The translations under genes and the position numbers were made by a program. 64,000 nt of DNA from Candidatus Poribacteria bacterium (GTDB lineage: Bacteria; Poribacteria; WGA-4E; PCPOR2b), in contig OZ244042.1 of the NCBI GenBank assembly GCA_965215015.1, forward strand, positions 4,960,001-5,024,000, given 5' to 3'. The number at the start of each line of letters is the position of its first letter. Positions within the stretch are counted from its first letter, which is position 1. The notes beneath the pieces were generated by a model that worked only from the letters and a program-made list of their open reading frames with translations, was not told the origin of the DNA and made no database searches. Below are positions 19,642-29,997 of the stretch, piece after piece.

Positions 19642-19880
19642 ACTCTAGTTCGGATTTAGCGGCTAGATCCTGTTGACATTTGACAGATTGAACCAATCTC
19701 TGTTCCGAGAGTCGCGCCCCAATAAGATCGGGATTCAAAGCAACTTGAGGTAATTCTGGACAACTCCGTTTTGGATTGATCTCCCAAAGTCGTAGGCCCG
19801 TTCCGGCGTTCCGTCTCCTCTAATCCCCCCGCAAGGGGAGGTACGGCACACGGAGTATTCCTACTACCAGCTGATAGTTG
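19642..19880. repeat. Intergenic repeat module
   Basis: CCTGTTGACATTTG end; TCTGTTCCGAGAG segment is inverted relative to 2070-2110; GTAGGCCCGTTCCG REP. Confidence 0.6.
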
Positions 19881-19936
19881 ATTCAGATTTTTTAGCAATC
19901 GTGGTATAATCCCTCACAAAGATAGGAGATAGACAG

Positions 19937-20905
19937 ATGCACGCTATTTGCATTCATGAACACGGCGGACCTGAGGCACTCCGTTATGAAGAGGTTTCTA
20001 CCAGTGAGCCCGGTGCGGGTGAAGCACGGGTGCACATTGAAGCAGCGGGATTGAACTATATCGACGTTTACCACCGCACGGGACTCTATCCGAGTACTAA
20101 TATCCCTTTCACGCCGGGGATGGAAGGTGCAGGCGTGGTCGAGGCTGTTGGACCCGATGTCACTGAGGTCAATGTGGGAGATCGCGTCGCGTATGCGATG
20201 CACCAGGGATCCTATACCGAGGAGGCAATCGTGCCGTCTGAGGTGCTCGTTCCTTTACCCGATTCGATTGATACACAGGCGGCAGCAGCGGCGATGCTGC
20301 AAGGTATGACAGCCCACTATTTGACCCACAGCACCTATCCACTCGGTACGGATGATACCGCATTGGTGCATGCAGCCGCCGGTGGAGTCGGCTTGTTACT
20401 TATTCAGATGGCGAAGACACTGGGAGCGCGTGTATTGGGAACAGTTTCCACGCCGGAGAAAGCGCAGCTTGCGAAGGACGCCGGGGCTGACAATGTAATT
20501 CTCTATACACAAACCGATTTTGAAGCCGAAGTTAAACGCCTAACCGATGGGCAAGGAGTTGATGTCGTCTACGATTCGGTCGCCAAGACCACTTTTGATA
20601 AGAGTCTCAACTCTCTTCGCCCCCGCGGTTATTTGGTGCTGTTTGGGCAGTCGAGCGGACCCGTGCCCCCATTGGATTTGAGCCGTCTGTCGAGTGGATC
20701 GTTGTTTATAACGCGTCCGGGGTTGGGACATCATGCAGCCAATCGGGAAGAACTGATGGAACGGGCGGGCGATCTCTTTGAATGGATCTCTGCTGGCACA
20801 TTGAAGCTACGCATTGACCGAACGTTTCCGCTCCAAAATGCCGCTGATGCACACCGTGCGTTAGAAGGTAGACAGACAACCGGTAAGGTGCTGCTGATTC
20901 CTTAG
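19937..20905 (+). CDS. qor: NADPH:quinone oxidoreductase (zeta-crystallin/MDR family)
   Basis: GGPEAL, GLNYIDVYHRTGLYP, GMTAHYL, HAAAGGVG, TTGKVLL. Confidence 0.92.
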   Translation: MHAICIHEHGGPEALRYEEVSTSEPGAGEARVHIEAAGLNYIDVYHRTGLYPSTNIPFTPGMEGAGVVEAVGPDVTEVNVGDRVAYAMHQGSYTEEAIVPSEVLVPLPDSIDTQAAAAAMLQGMTAHYLTHSTYPLGTDDTALVHAAAGGVGLLLIQMAKTLGARVLGTVSTPEKAQLAKDAGADNVILYTQTDFEAEVKRLTDGQGVDVVYDSVAKTTFDKSLNSLRPRGYLVLFGQSSGPVPPLDLSRLSSGSLFITRPGLGHHAANREELMERAGDLFEWISAGTLKLRIDRTFPLQNAADAHRALEGRQTTGKVLLIP

Positions 20906-21268
20906 GAGCGACTCCAATACCCCACTGTTACTACCTGTCCTCCAACTGGGGTTATGGGTCGGGCAAGATGTCCGACCTACGGGGGTGGTGCATTGTGATA
21001 CACATAACGCATCAATGGGACAAAGGGAATAATACGTAATACCTCTCCGTTCCGTGAGTGTTCCTCGGGCGTAAGAAAAGCCATCTCGATGCTTGTTGAA
21101 TTCGTAGGGAGTGCCCCACCCGTTGGGGCTGGAAACCAAGCCCCTACGATTACGGACACGCCTCATATAAACATCAACAGGTTCTAGCAACTTGGGTTAT
21201 TTTAATTGCACCACACCATCCGTGTGGGTACAAAAACCAACCGAATCTTAAAGGATAGGAGTTGTAAT

Positions 21269-22678
21269 ATGGCAGCCGCTTCCATTGATAAATTAAGCGC
21301 ACTTGAGAGCTTACAAGATGGTACCTTGCCCCCTCACCGAATTGCAAAATTACACAACGATTTTGAGGGTAACCCGGTTTATCGGATGGCACAGAATGCT
21401 GTCTGCAAGATCGCCGTAGATGATATCGCCCTCGACCGTCAGATTGTTACCAACAGCGACTTTACTTTCAGCCATGTGCTGGACGACTGGAGCGTTACGA
21501 ACCAGAAAAGGAGCGGCAGATGCTGGATGTTCGCAGGGCTGAACCTATTCCGCGTCGGCGCGATGAAGAAAATGAACTTGAAAGAATTTGAATTCAGCCA
21601 AAACTATACTTTCTTCTGGGATAAGCTCGAACGCGCCAACTATTTCCTGCAACGGATGATCGAGATGGTAGATCGTCCAGTGGATGATCGGTGCGTTGCA
21701 TGGCTACTTGAAAGCCCACTGGAAGATGGCGGACAGTGGAATATGTTCGTTAATTTAATCAAGAAACACGGGCTTGTTCCCCAAGCATTTATGCCTGAGA
21801 CAGAGAGTTCCTCAAGTTCAAGTCGGATGAATCGGATTCTGCTCAATAAGCTGCGCGAGGGCGCAAAGACGCTTCGCGATATGGCATCAAAAGAGGCGAG
21901 CTTTGATGAGCTGCTGGATGTCAAAGACGAGATTATCACGGTCATCCACCGCATCCTGTCCATCCACCTCGGGACGCCGCCAACCCATTTCGATTGGCAG
22001 TGGAACGATGCAGATAAAGAATTCCACCGCGACGGGGAGATGACGCCGCAGCAGTTCGCAGAGAAATATATCACTGTTCCGGTTGATGATTACGTCTGCC
22101 TCGTCCACGACCCACGCCCAACAAGTCCTATCGGCAAAACCTTCACGGTGGAATGCCTCGGTAACGTCGAGGGCGGCGCGATTGTTAAATACCTGAATAT
22201 CGATATCGACCTCATGAAGCAAATAGCGATGAAGACCATCATTGATGGGGAGCCGGTCTGGATGGGGTGCGATGTTGGAAAAATGATGCAAACCGGCCTC
22301 GGCCTCTGGGATGCGAAGCTGTATGACTACGAAGGTGTCTACGACACCCCCTTTGCTCTTGATAAGGCAGGACGGCTCCAGTACCACCAGACCCTGATGA
22401 CCCACGCGATGCTATTTACGGGTGTGGATGTCATACAGGAGAACGGCAGAGAGGTGCCGCGACGCTGGCGAGTCGAGAATAGTTGGGGCGCCGATAGCGG
22501 GCGCAAGGGGTTCTACCTGATGAACGACAACTGGTTTGACCAATATATGTTTGAGATTGCTGCACGAAAGGAATATCTACCGAACGAGTTGCAGGCTGCC
22601 CTTGAAACGGAACCGATTGTTCTACCCGCATGGGATCCAATGGGTGCCCTGGCGAGAAAGGCTCCCGTCATCAATTAG
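21269..22678 (+). CDS. pepC: Aminopeptidase C / bleomycin hydrolase (peptidase C1B)
   Basis: NQKRSGRCWMFA, THAML, WRVENSWG, PAWDPMGALA. Confidence 0.95.
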   Translation: MAAASIDKLSALESLQDGTLPPHRIAKLHNDFEGNPVYRMAQNAVCKIAVDDIALDRQIVTNSDFTFSHVLDDWSVTNQKRSGRCWMFAGLNLFRVGAMKKMNLKEFEFSQNYTFFWDKLERANYFLQRMIEMVDRPVDDRCVAWLLESPLEDGGQWNMFVNLIKKHGLVPQAFMPETESSSSSSRMNRILLNKLREGAKTLRDMASKEASFDELLDVKDEIITVIHRILSIHLGTPPTHFDWQWNDADKEFHRDGEMTPQQFAEKYITVPVDDYVCLVHDPRPTSPIGKTFTVECLGNVEGGAIVKYLNIDIDLMKQIAMKTIIDGEPVWMGCDVGKMMQTGLGLWDAKLYDYEGVYDTPFALDKAGRLQYHQTLMTHAMLFTGVDVIQENGREVPRRWRVENSWGADSGRKGFYLMNDNWFDQYMFEIAARKEYLPNELQAALETEPIVLPAWDPMGALARKAPVIN

Positions 22679-23040
22679 TAGGTCGAGATTCACATCTCGA
22701 TAAAACATCCGGACCATAGCGCAATCCCTCGGGCTGATTGAGCCAGGATTGTCGCCCCATAGTGTCTATTCTATCGCGTTATGTTCTCGGTATTTTCGAT
22801 TTTGGAAAATTGCCCAAATGTAGGCACCCTCCCCCCCTGCGGGGGGATTAGAGGGGGGCCTGCCCAAAACATGGCCAGCACCCAGATCAGGGGGCACCTC
22901 CCCCCGCCAAATACCCTGTGAGTTATCCGTCAATTGCCTGTTTCCCCCCGCTTGCGGGGGGGTAGGGGGGTGATTCGGGATTAGAGGAGGTGCTGCCCAT
23001 GAAAGATTCCCGGAACAGAGATTGGCTCAGCTAGTCAAAT
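22678..23040. repeat. Mosaic intergenic repeat homologous to 6072-6330
   Basis: GTCGAGATTCACATCTCGA palindrome, shared internal sequence, two C-rich hairpins. Confidence 0.7.
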
Positions 23041-23067
23041 ATTAACAGAACCATTAGGAGGGATAAG

Positions 23068-23961
23068 ATGACATTCAGTGAAAGTTGGTTGGTGTTAGAA
23101 CCCGACCTAGAGACCGTCTTTGCCCATGAGACAGACCCGCTCAAGGCACTTGTGGACGCCCACATCGCCGGTATTGCTCTGCGTGGTGCCTATAATCCAG
23201 ATCACTGTAGTGGATTAATGCAGCGATTCATTGAGCGGGGTATGATGCGTGACCCGGACCGATCAAACCGGGAAGAGGATACATACCAATTCGCGGGGAG
23301 TGCACAGACCCGAATCGATATTGGTTCGAGCTTGGTCAACCGTGCACGCGGCGGTCTGGCAGTATCAGATGACCCTACCGAGAACAAGGACACTTTCCTT
23401 GAACACTCCGCGAGTACGCATGAACTCTTCAGCCACCTATTCGATGGGTTTGACAATCCAGTGGATACCCTCTACAATTGTCTCTCCGCACTAGCGGTGA
23501 ACAAGCAGGTCAAGGTCGCCCGTGAACCCGATGGACGCCTCTACGGGCCCGCAATCTTTCGGATTCACTATGAAGGCCACGAATACGTTCCCCACATCAA
23601 TCATGTCGCGATAGACGACAAGCTGTTCAACTATGAGGTCTCCCGTTTTACACACCAGCTTGCTGGCCTCATCTGTATACAGAATTCCGCCCATGACGGG
23701 GGCAGTCCCCACGCTGTTATCCATCGCTGCGTTTGGAGTCCGGAGGTGCAAGACCATCTCTCGGAGGGCACCTACCACGAATACGCCGCACAAAACAGGA
23801 TTGAACAGCAGCAAATCGAGGTACAGCCGGGTGATTTCTATCTGTTCAACAGCGGTTGCATCCACCAAGTGGCCGCTGTAGAGGGTGATATTCCTCGAAC
23901 GGTTTTGGCGACCTTTATCGGCTATTCGGAAGAGGATGACGAAATCTTTGTCTGGGCGTGA
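23068..23961 (+). CDS. 2OG-Fe(II) oxygenase-like protein
   Basis: RBS AGGAGG; IFRIHY, PHIN, QPGDFYLFNSGCIHQV, R.VLATFIG double-stranded beta-helix pattern. Confidence 0.75.
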   Translation: MTFSESWLVLEPDLETVFAHETDPLKALVDAHIAGIALRGAYNPDHCSGLMQRFIERGMMRDPDRSNREEDTYQFAGSAQTRIDIGSSLVNRARGGLAVSDDPTENKDTFLEHSASTHELFSHLFDGFDNPVDTLYNCLSALAVNKQVKVAREPDGRLYGPAIFRIHYEGHEYVPHINHVAIDDKLFNYEVSRFTHQLAGLICIQNSAHDGGSPHAVIHRCVWSPEVQDHLSEGTYHEYAAQNRIEQQQIEVQPGDFYLFNSGCIHQVAAVEGDIPRTVLATFIGYSEEDDEIFVWA

Positions 23962-24044
23962 TACTTCACATACTCATATCAGGAGGAAAATTTGATGAAA
24001 TAAAGTCGCAACAGCCCTGCGTTCCATCTTCGGGAGAAGTAACT

Positions 24045-25250
24045 ATGAGAAATCCAAACATAAGAGCCCTCTACTATATTACACATATAGACAGCTTACC
24101 CTCGATCGTTAAGCACGGAATTCTCTCCCACGAAAGCGTTGAAATAGAAAACGTGCAGGGAACTTCAATGTTTAAAAGGGAAAAAGATAGAAAGCAGAAC
24201 TGTCAACAAAAAAGTAGAACTGTGCCCAAAATTTACGAAAAAAAACTCGTGCATCACGCTAATCTGTTCTTCCAACCACGTAACCCTATGATGTATCGAG
24301 CTATCTTTGAAAACGGCAAAGAAAAACTTGCCGTTCTAGAGATTGATAGCACAATTTTGAAAGAACCAGGGGCCGTTATCACAGACGGGGATGCCGCCAA
24401 TGAAACGACGCAATTCTATCTCCCAACCCAGGAAACGAAAATCCCTCAGCAACTATGGACAATTATTAAGAGCGAATGGTGGAAGGAGTGTGACGGATCG
24501 AAACGCAAAATCATGGCAGAATGTTTAGTCCCCGATCGTGTCAAGCCCGAATACATCCGTTCGGTTCTCGTTGCTGATGATAAAACAGGAAATCGGGTGA
24601 GGAGATTAGTTGACAATTTTCAACTTCCTATAATTCCTCAACCTCATCTATTCTTTCAACCTGAGCGTCGAATTAAGATCGGGGACAACATTGAACTTGT
24701 TGATGGCGGAGATATATTTTTCTCTGAATTACAAACATTAGCAGTTACCGTTAATCTTCAGGGGGTTATGGGAAAAGGATTGGCACTGCGCGCCAGAGAG
24801 CAATTCTCTGATGTTTATGTAGAATACGAGAAAGCATGCCGTGCAAAGAAAATTACATCAGCACGTCCCTATATCTATAAGCGCGAGACCTCAGTTGTCG
24901 GTGAGTTGACAGATCTCAAGCCTAACAAATCGATCAAAAATTCGGTGAAGTGGTTTTTGCTTTTCGCGACGAAGCGGCACTGGCGAACGCCCTCACGTTT
25001 GGAAGATATCGAAAACGGTTTGAAATGGATACAGACAAACTGTCAAAAGGTAGAAATTCAATCGCTCGCAATGCCGGCACTAGGTTGTGCATTAGGAGGG
25101 TTAAGCTGGACAGAGGTAGCGCCGCTCATGTGCAAATACCTCCACGGAATCGGAATTCCTATCGAAATCTATTTGCCGAGAGAATACCCAATAGAGGAGC
25201 GATACTTGACCGAATCGTATCTCTTGGAGGGGCAGCTCGCATTGTTGTAA
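24045..25250 (+). CDS. DarT-like DNA ADP-ribosyltransferase (DUF4433) fused to a DarG-like macrodomain
   Basis: LYYITHIDSL..I..HGILS, FQPRNPMMY, TDGDAA, MAECLV; then VNLQGVMGKGLA, FATKRHWR, SLAMPALGCALGGL.W. Confidence 0.85.
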   Translation: MRNPNIRALYYITHIDSLPSIVKHGILSHESVEIENVQGTSMFKREKDRKQNCQQKSRTVPKIYEKKLVHHANLFFQPRNPMMYRAIFENGKEKLAVLEIDSTILKEPGAVITDGDAANETTQFYLPTQETKIPQQLWTIIKSEWWKECDGSKRKIMAECLVPDRVKPEYIRSVLVADDKTGNRVRRLVDNFQLPIIPQPHLFFQPERRIKIGDNIELVDGGDIFFSELQTLAVTVNLQGVMGKGLALRAREQFSDVYVEYEKACRAKKITSARPYIYKRETSVVGELTDLKPNKSIKNSVKWFLLFATKRHWRTPSRLEDIENGLKWIQTNCQKVEIQSLAMPALGCALGGLSWTEVAPLMCKYLHGIGIPIEIYLPREYPIEERYLTESYLLEGQLALL

Positions 25251-25271
25251 CATTTTGAGGAGGAAAGAAAG

Positions 25272-26276
25272 ATGACTGAAATTGTAAGCCGGGAAATCCG
25301 TCTTAAGAACCGGCCCGTCGGTATCCCCAAGGAAAGCGATTTTGAAATCGCCGAAGTAAGGGTCAATGAACCCAAAGTAGACGAGGTGCTTGTAAGAAAC
25401 ATCTATATGTCGGTCGATCCCTACATGCGCGGGGTCGTTAGAAATGTCGCGCTCGGTGTACCGCTGGAAGGTGGGTGTGTCGGTCAGGTCGTTCAATCGG
25501 AGAGCGAATCGTTTCAGGTTGGAGATTACGTCTTAGGCGGACTCGGTTGGCGGGAGTATTACCTTGATTCGGCAGAAAATGTGAGCCAGATTGATCCGAC
25601 CCTCGCCCCGATTCAATCTTTTGTGGGTGCCGTCGGTATGCCCGGACGTACCGCCTATTTTGGGCTACTCGACATCGGCGAACCCAAAGCGGGAGAAACG
25701 GTATTTGTCTCCGCTGCTTCCGGGGCGGTTGGCGCGATTGTCTGCCAGATAGCCAAGATTAAAGGGTGCCGAGTGGTCGCCAGTGCAGGCTCGGATCAGA
25801 AAGTGGAGTGGCTCTTGGAAAAGGCTGGTGTCGATGCAGCCTTTAACTATAAACGGGTCCAGAACTTAGTTGACGAGTTGAAACAGCACTGTCCAGATGG
25901 AATTGATATTTACTTTGAAAATGTCGGCGGCGCGCACCTCGAAGCTGCTCTTTCATTGATGAACATATATGGACGCATTCCTTTGTGCGGCATGATTTCC
26001 CATTATAACGATGTTGAACCGACCCCCGGTCCCAAAAACCTCAGCACCGCCATCGGCAAACGCTTGAAATTACAGGGCTTCATTGTTACCGACTATGCGG
26101 ATCGTACCCCCGACTTTTACGCCGATATGCGCCGGTGGATAAGCGACGGCAACATGCATTGGGAAGAAACGATTGTAGAAGGCTTGGAAAAGGCGCCGCA
26201 GGCATTTATCGGTCTTTTCAAAGGCGAGAATATGGGTAAGATGATTATCAAGATTGGACCGGAAAAGTCCGTATGA
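25272..26276 (+). CDS. NADP-dependent oxidoreductase (prostaglandin reductase/CurA-like)
   Basis: SVDPYMR, GMPGRTAYFGL, SAASGAVG, YFENVGG, GENMGK. Confidence 0.93.
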   Translation: MTEIVSREIRLKNRPVGIPKESDFEIAEVRVNEPKVDEVLVRNIYMSVDPYMRGVVRNVALGVPLEGGCVGQVVQSESESFQVGDYVLGGLGWREYYLDSAENVSQIDPTLAPIQSFVGAVGMPGRTAYFGLLDIGEPKAGETVFVSAASGAVGAIVCQIAKIKGCRVVASAGSDQKVEWLLEKAGVDAAFNYKRVQNLVDELKQHCPDGIDIYFENVGGAHLEAALSLMNIYGRIPLCGMISHYNDVEPTPGPKNLSTAIGKRLKLQGFIVTDYADRTPDFYADMRRWISDGNMHWEETIVEGLEKAPQAFIGLFKGENMGKMIIKIGPEKSV

Positions 26277-26319
26277 TATAAGCTGTAATCGTTACCATAC
26301 TGGGGAGAGGAGCAAACCT

Positions 26320-27108
26320 ATGGACTTAGGGTTGAAGGGAAAACGCGCAATTGTAACTGGTGGGAATCGCGGTATCGGTCGGTGCTGTGCGTTGGCACTC
26401 GCCCGTGAGGGAACGCGTGTTTGTATCGCAGCTCGCAATCACGGGCACTTGGAGGAGGTTGTTGACGAAATTAACGGGGCCGGTGGTGAGGGACACGCCG
26501 TTGCGGTTGACTTGACGACTCTGGAAAACTGCCAGAAAGTTGTGAGCGAGACTGTGGAACACTTCGGCGGTGTTGATATCTTGGTCAACTGTGCAGGCGC
26601 GGCAAGGGGAGGCGATATTTTAGACCTGCCCACCCAGTTGATTGATGACGCACTAAGTTTGAAGAGTTATAGCTATCTACGCCTGTCCCAACTTGTAATT
26701 CCGCACATGAGACAGAACGGATGGGGTAGAATCATCAATATCGCCGGAGGAGCAGGAACAAGCCCTTCCAGCGGAAATATCCCAGTAAGCCTTGCCAACA
26801 TCGCCATTCTAAATATGACGCGCGCGCTTTCGGATGCAGTCTCCAAAGATGGAATCTTGGTGAACACGATTTGCCCGGGACTCACTAACACCCAGCGGGC
26901 GCGCGATGTGCAGCAAGCCAGTGCGGATGAAGCGGGTAAGGATGTGGAAGAGCTCCTCCAAGAACTCGGTAACGAGCTCCCCGCAGGACGTATCGCCGAG
27001 CCGGAGGAAATTGCCAATGCGGTGGCATTTCTGGCATCGGAACCGTGCTCGTATATATTCGGCAGTTCTATATATATGGATGGCGGCGGGCGGCGGGGGA
27101 CACCGTAG
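26320..27108 (+). CDS. Short-chain dehydrogenase/reductase
   Basis: MDLGLKGK, TGGNRGIG, DILVNCAG, VNTICPG, MDGG; the usual YxxxK is not evident. Confidence 0.9.
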   Translation: MDLGLKGKRAIVTGGNRGIGRCCALALAREGTRVCIAARNHGHLEEVVDEINGAGGEGHAVAVDLTTLENCQKVVSETVEHFGGVDILVNCAGAARGGDILDLPTQLIDDALSLKSYSYLRLSQLVIPHMRQNGWGRIINIAGGAGTSPSSGNIPVSLANIAILNMTRALSDAVSKDGILVNTICPGLTNTQRARDVQQASADEAGKDVEELLQELGNELPAGRIAEPEEIANAVAFLASEPCSYIFGSSIYMDGGGRRGTP

Positions 27109-27183
27109 GTCCATCAGTTATAATCTAACCTTGCTTAGACAGTGCCCACCCCATCAAATATACTTGCACTTAAGAACAACTAT

Positions 27184-27948
27184 TTACCACAGAACTGGTT
27201 GCCCACCGGATCTGACCAGCTTGCGATCGGGTCTCATCAGAATTTCTGGGATTGGACGTTCATTGATTTTATCCGGTGCTAGCTGATGACCAATTTGGCT
27301 AAGCATATGTTTTCTAATATCAGCTTTTAATTGGTCCGGCTCAATACGACTGGTGTGTCTCGCTGGGTCTTGGGTGTTGAACTCACGGATATATCTTGTA
27401 TAGCCTGTAAACCCACCATTGTCCCAGATAACACTTCCGGATTTTGTATCAATGGCTTTCACCTGCATGTTAAGCCTTGCCCATTGATAGACCAACACGA
27501 ATTTCGTGGTCCCTGATATCCCCGCTTGAGCACTCATGTCGTAGAGCGGGTTGCTATCATATTTTTCATCAAGCTTCGGATTTTTGATATGGCCGACGAT
27601 AATTATATCGGCATTTGCCGCCTTCCCTACCTTTGCCGCGAGGGCGGGATCGAGAAAGATATCCTTCGGCGTCAAGTTCCGAGTTGCTAGCTCACTACCA
27701 ATTGGGTTGAGCGTATCGGATTGATCATAGATCCACTCTTTGTCCTTCTTGACGAGGCTAAGTTGCGTAGACAGATCCAAGGGAAACCTGCGCTCCATTT
27801 CAGCGGACTCTTCTTCCGTGGAAAAAGGGGCGATGGCAATCCGTTGAAAATCACTGATATCGAGTGGCTCAACTTCTCCACAACCGCTCATAAGCGCGAC
27901 AAATGCTAAAAGCGTACCACAGACAGATAGTTTCATCCAGCTTTTCAT
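27184..27948 (-). CDS. Hypothetical lipoprotein (CsgG/LpoB-like fold possible)
   Basis: Lipobox LMSGC; IAIAPF, AKVGKAANADIIIVG, VKAIDTKSGSVIW. Confidence 0.8.
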   Translation of the reverse strand: MKSWMKLSVCGTLLAFVALMSGCGEVEPLDISDFQRIAIAPFSTEEESAEMERRFPLDLSTQLSLVKKDKEWIYDQSDTLNPIGSELATRNLTPKDIFLDPALAAKVGKAANADIIIVGHIKNPKLDEKYDSNPLYDMSAQAGISGTTKFVLVYQWARLNMQVKAIDTKSGSVIWDNGGFTGYTRYIREFNTQDPARHTSRIEPDQLKADIRKHMLSQIGHQLAPDKINERPIPEILMRPDRKLVRSGGQPVLW

Positions 27949-28134
27949 TTTATATTTAACGCTCCTTCCTGAAAACAGGTAAAATGTTCATACGACTCAT
28001 TTAGGGCTTACCCGAAAAAAGGGCTTCTTGTTTAGTTAATTAATGAAACCTCCCAACCCCGATTTCATTGAGATTTTCGGATAGGATTCTTGTAGCGTCC
28101 TGAACTGATGGAGGTTTCAGTTTCAAGTATAAAG

Positions 28135-28163
28135 ATTATAGCACGGTCTCTTTTTTCTGTCAA
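28135..28163 (-). promoter_or_regulatory. Perfect-consensus sigma70 promoter
   Basis: Minus strand TTGACA-17 nt-TATAAT with extended TG. Confidence 0.85.
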
Positions 28164-28396
28164 CGCCTGTCTTAAATGAAATTTGACAAATTACTAAAAC
28201 ATAACGAATTTTAGCTGCTGTTCGCAGCCGATCCTGAGGCGCGCTCGCCCTGCCGCACCCCAATTAACCCTCTATGACGCCCATATCCGTCTGAGGTGAA
28301 TTCGCGTGCCTCACTCCATCTCCCAACGCCTGTCGGATGTCCCTTTTGGCGAAAAAATCACTGTTGCCCCGAAAGTAAGAACGTGATACAATGAAT

Positions 28397-28800
28397 TAAG
28401 AGTTACACAGTTGAACGCTCAACGCCAATACCAGAAAAGGGCGCGCCATGTTCATTGCCGGTGAACATGCCTCTTGACGCCCGATGAAGCGGGGGGCGAC
28501 AGTGGCCCCCAAAGTCGTAGGCACGCTCCGCGTGCCCTCCCCCTGCTAAATACCCGGTGGGTTGTCCGTCAGTTCCTGGCTCATTGAGCCTACCCCCCTC
28601 AATCCCCCCGCAAGCAGGGGGAAGAGATACCGTGTGGGTATTCGGGACCGAGGGGGTAATCCCAAAAACTTACACGGCTCTCTCCCCCCCGCTTGCGGGG
28701 GGGTAGAGATTCTTAGCGGGGAGAAGGGGACGCCATACGCCGTATGCCTTAATTAAGTTTGTAGTAGCGCAATTCATCTAAGGATTTTAGTAGCCGGACG
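28397..28800. mobile_element. IS701-end-derived mosaic MITE
   Basis: TAAGAGTTACACAGTTGAACGCTCAA start; homologous to 38620-38930 and to the reverse complement of about 11005-11093. Confidence 0.65.
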
Positions 28801-28884
28801 GTGCAACTAGAAATTATTGGACAGTTCGGTAGCAGATTTGTTCATCTGCGACATTTTTAGCGTACCCTGAAGATAGACAGAACC

Positions 28885-29997
28885 ATGAAAAACATCCTCC
28901 TCATCCGTCTCAGCTCACTTGGCGATATTGTCCTGACTTCGCCAGCTATCCGTGCGGTGCGGCAGCACTTCCCACAGGCGCGTATCTCAATGCTTGTGGC
29001 GAAACAGGCCGCCGATCTGCTCACGGAAAATCCCCATCTGGACGAGGTTATTATGTTTGACCGAAAAGCAGGGAATAAGGACACCGGTGAAATGCAACGG
29101 GTTATCCGACTCCTGCGAGAACGACATTTTGATCTGGCAATTGATTTTCAACGCAAATTTCGCACGAGCTTAATCTCGTATTTGAGCGGCGCGAAGTGCC
29201 GTGTTGGATATCATCAACCCAATGGAGTGTTGTGTAGCGTCCGTGTGCCGGACCGTAACAACAAAGCTATCCGTGCGGGGCGGCTTTCATCCGCGCACGC
29301 CATCGATCGCTACTTTGACCTGTTAGGCGCAATTGGGGTGGAGGCAACAGATCGGACGTTGGAGCTATTTATCACGGAGACAGACCGCGATTTTTCGCAC
29401 AAACTTATGGCTACCAAGGGCATCGAGGCGAATCGACTGAAGATTGGACTGTTTCCGGGGGCGGGGTGGAAATTACGCGAGTGGATGCCTAACCGTTTTG
29501 CGGCTATCGGTGATCGGGTGGCGAAGCACTTTGACGCGCAGGTGCTACTTTTTGGAGGACCTCACGAGCAAGAGCTAGTCCAACAGGTGGGGGATCTCAT
29601 GACGACCGAGGCGATTTCGCTCGCGGGTAACCTTCGCATCCGTCAATTGGCGGCGTTAATTGAGCAGTGCAATCTATTTGTTACAAACGATACGGGCCCA
29701 ATGCACGTCGCCGCAGCGATGCACACACCGACGGTGGCACTGTTCGGGCCGGGCGACCATATCCGCTTTCAGCTGCTCGATCCAATCCATACGACTATCC
29801 GCCATCATGTGCCATGCAATCCGTGCAAACAGTTCACCAACAAATGCAAGAACAATATCTGCATGAAGCTAATCACCGTTGATGAGGTATGGGAGACGGT
29901 GCATCAGAATTTATCAAACATAGGTAAGCCTACAACAGAACTGCCAGTAAGGCAGATAAGGGAGGAAAAAAATGGCGACTCAGTACAAAGAATTTAG
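28885..29997 (+). CDS. Glycosyltransferase family 9 (LPS heptosyltransferase-like)
   Basis: IRLSSLGDIVLT.P, FVTNDTGPMHVAAA..TPTVALFGP, C.PC...C. Confidence 0.92.
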   Translation: MKNILLIRLSSLGDIVLTSPAIRAVRQHFPQARISMLVAKQAADLLTENPHLDEVIMFDRKAGNKDTGEMQRVIRLLRERHFDLAIDFQRKFRTSLISYLSGAKCRVGYHQPNGVLCSVRVPDRNNKAIRAGRLSSAHAIDRYFDLLGAIGVEATDRTLELFITETDRDFSHKLMATKGIEANRLKIGLFPGAGWKLREWMPNRFAAIGDRVAKHFDAQVLLFGGPHEQELVQQVGDLMTTEAISLAGNLRIRQLAALIEQCNLFVTNDTGPMHVAAAMHTPTVALFGPGDHIRFQLLDPIHTTIRHHVPCNPCKQFTNKCKNNICMKLITVDEVWETVHQNLSNIGKPTTELPVRQIREEKNGDSVQRI

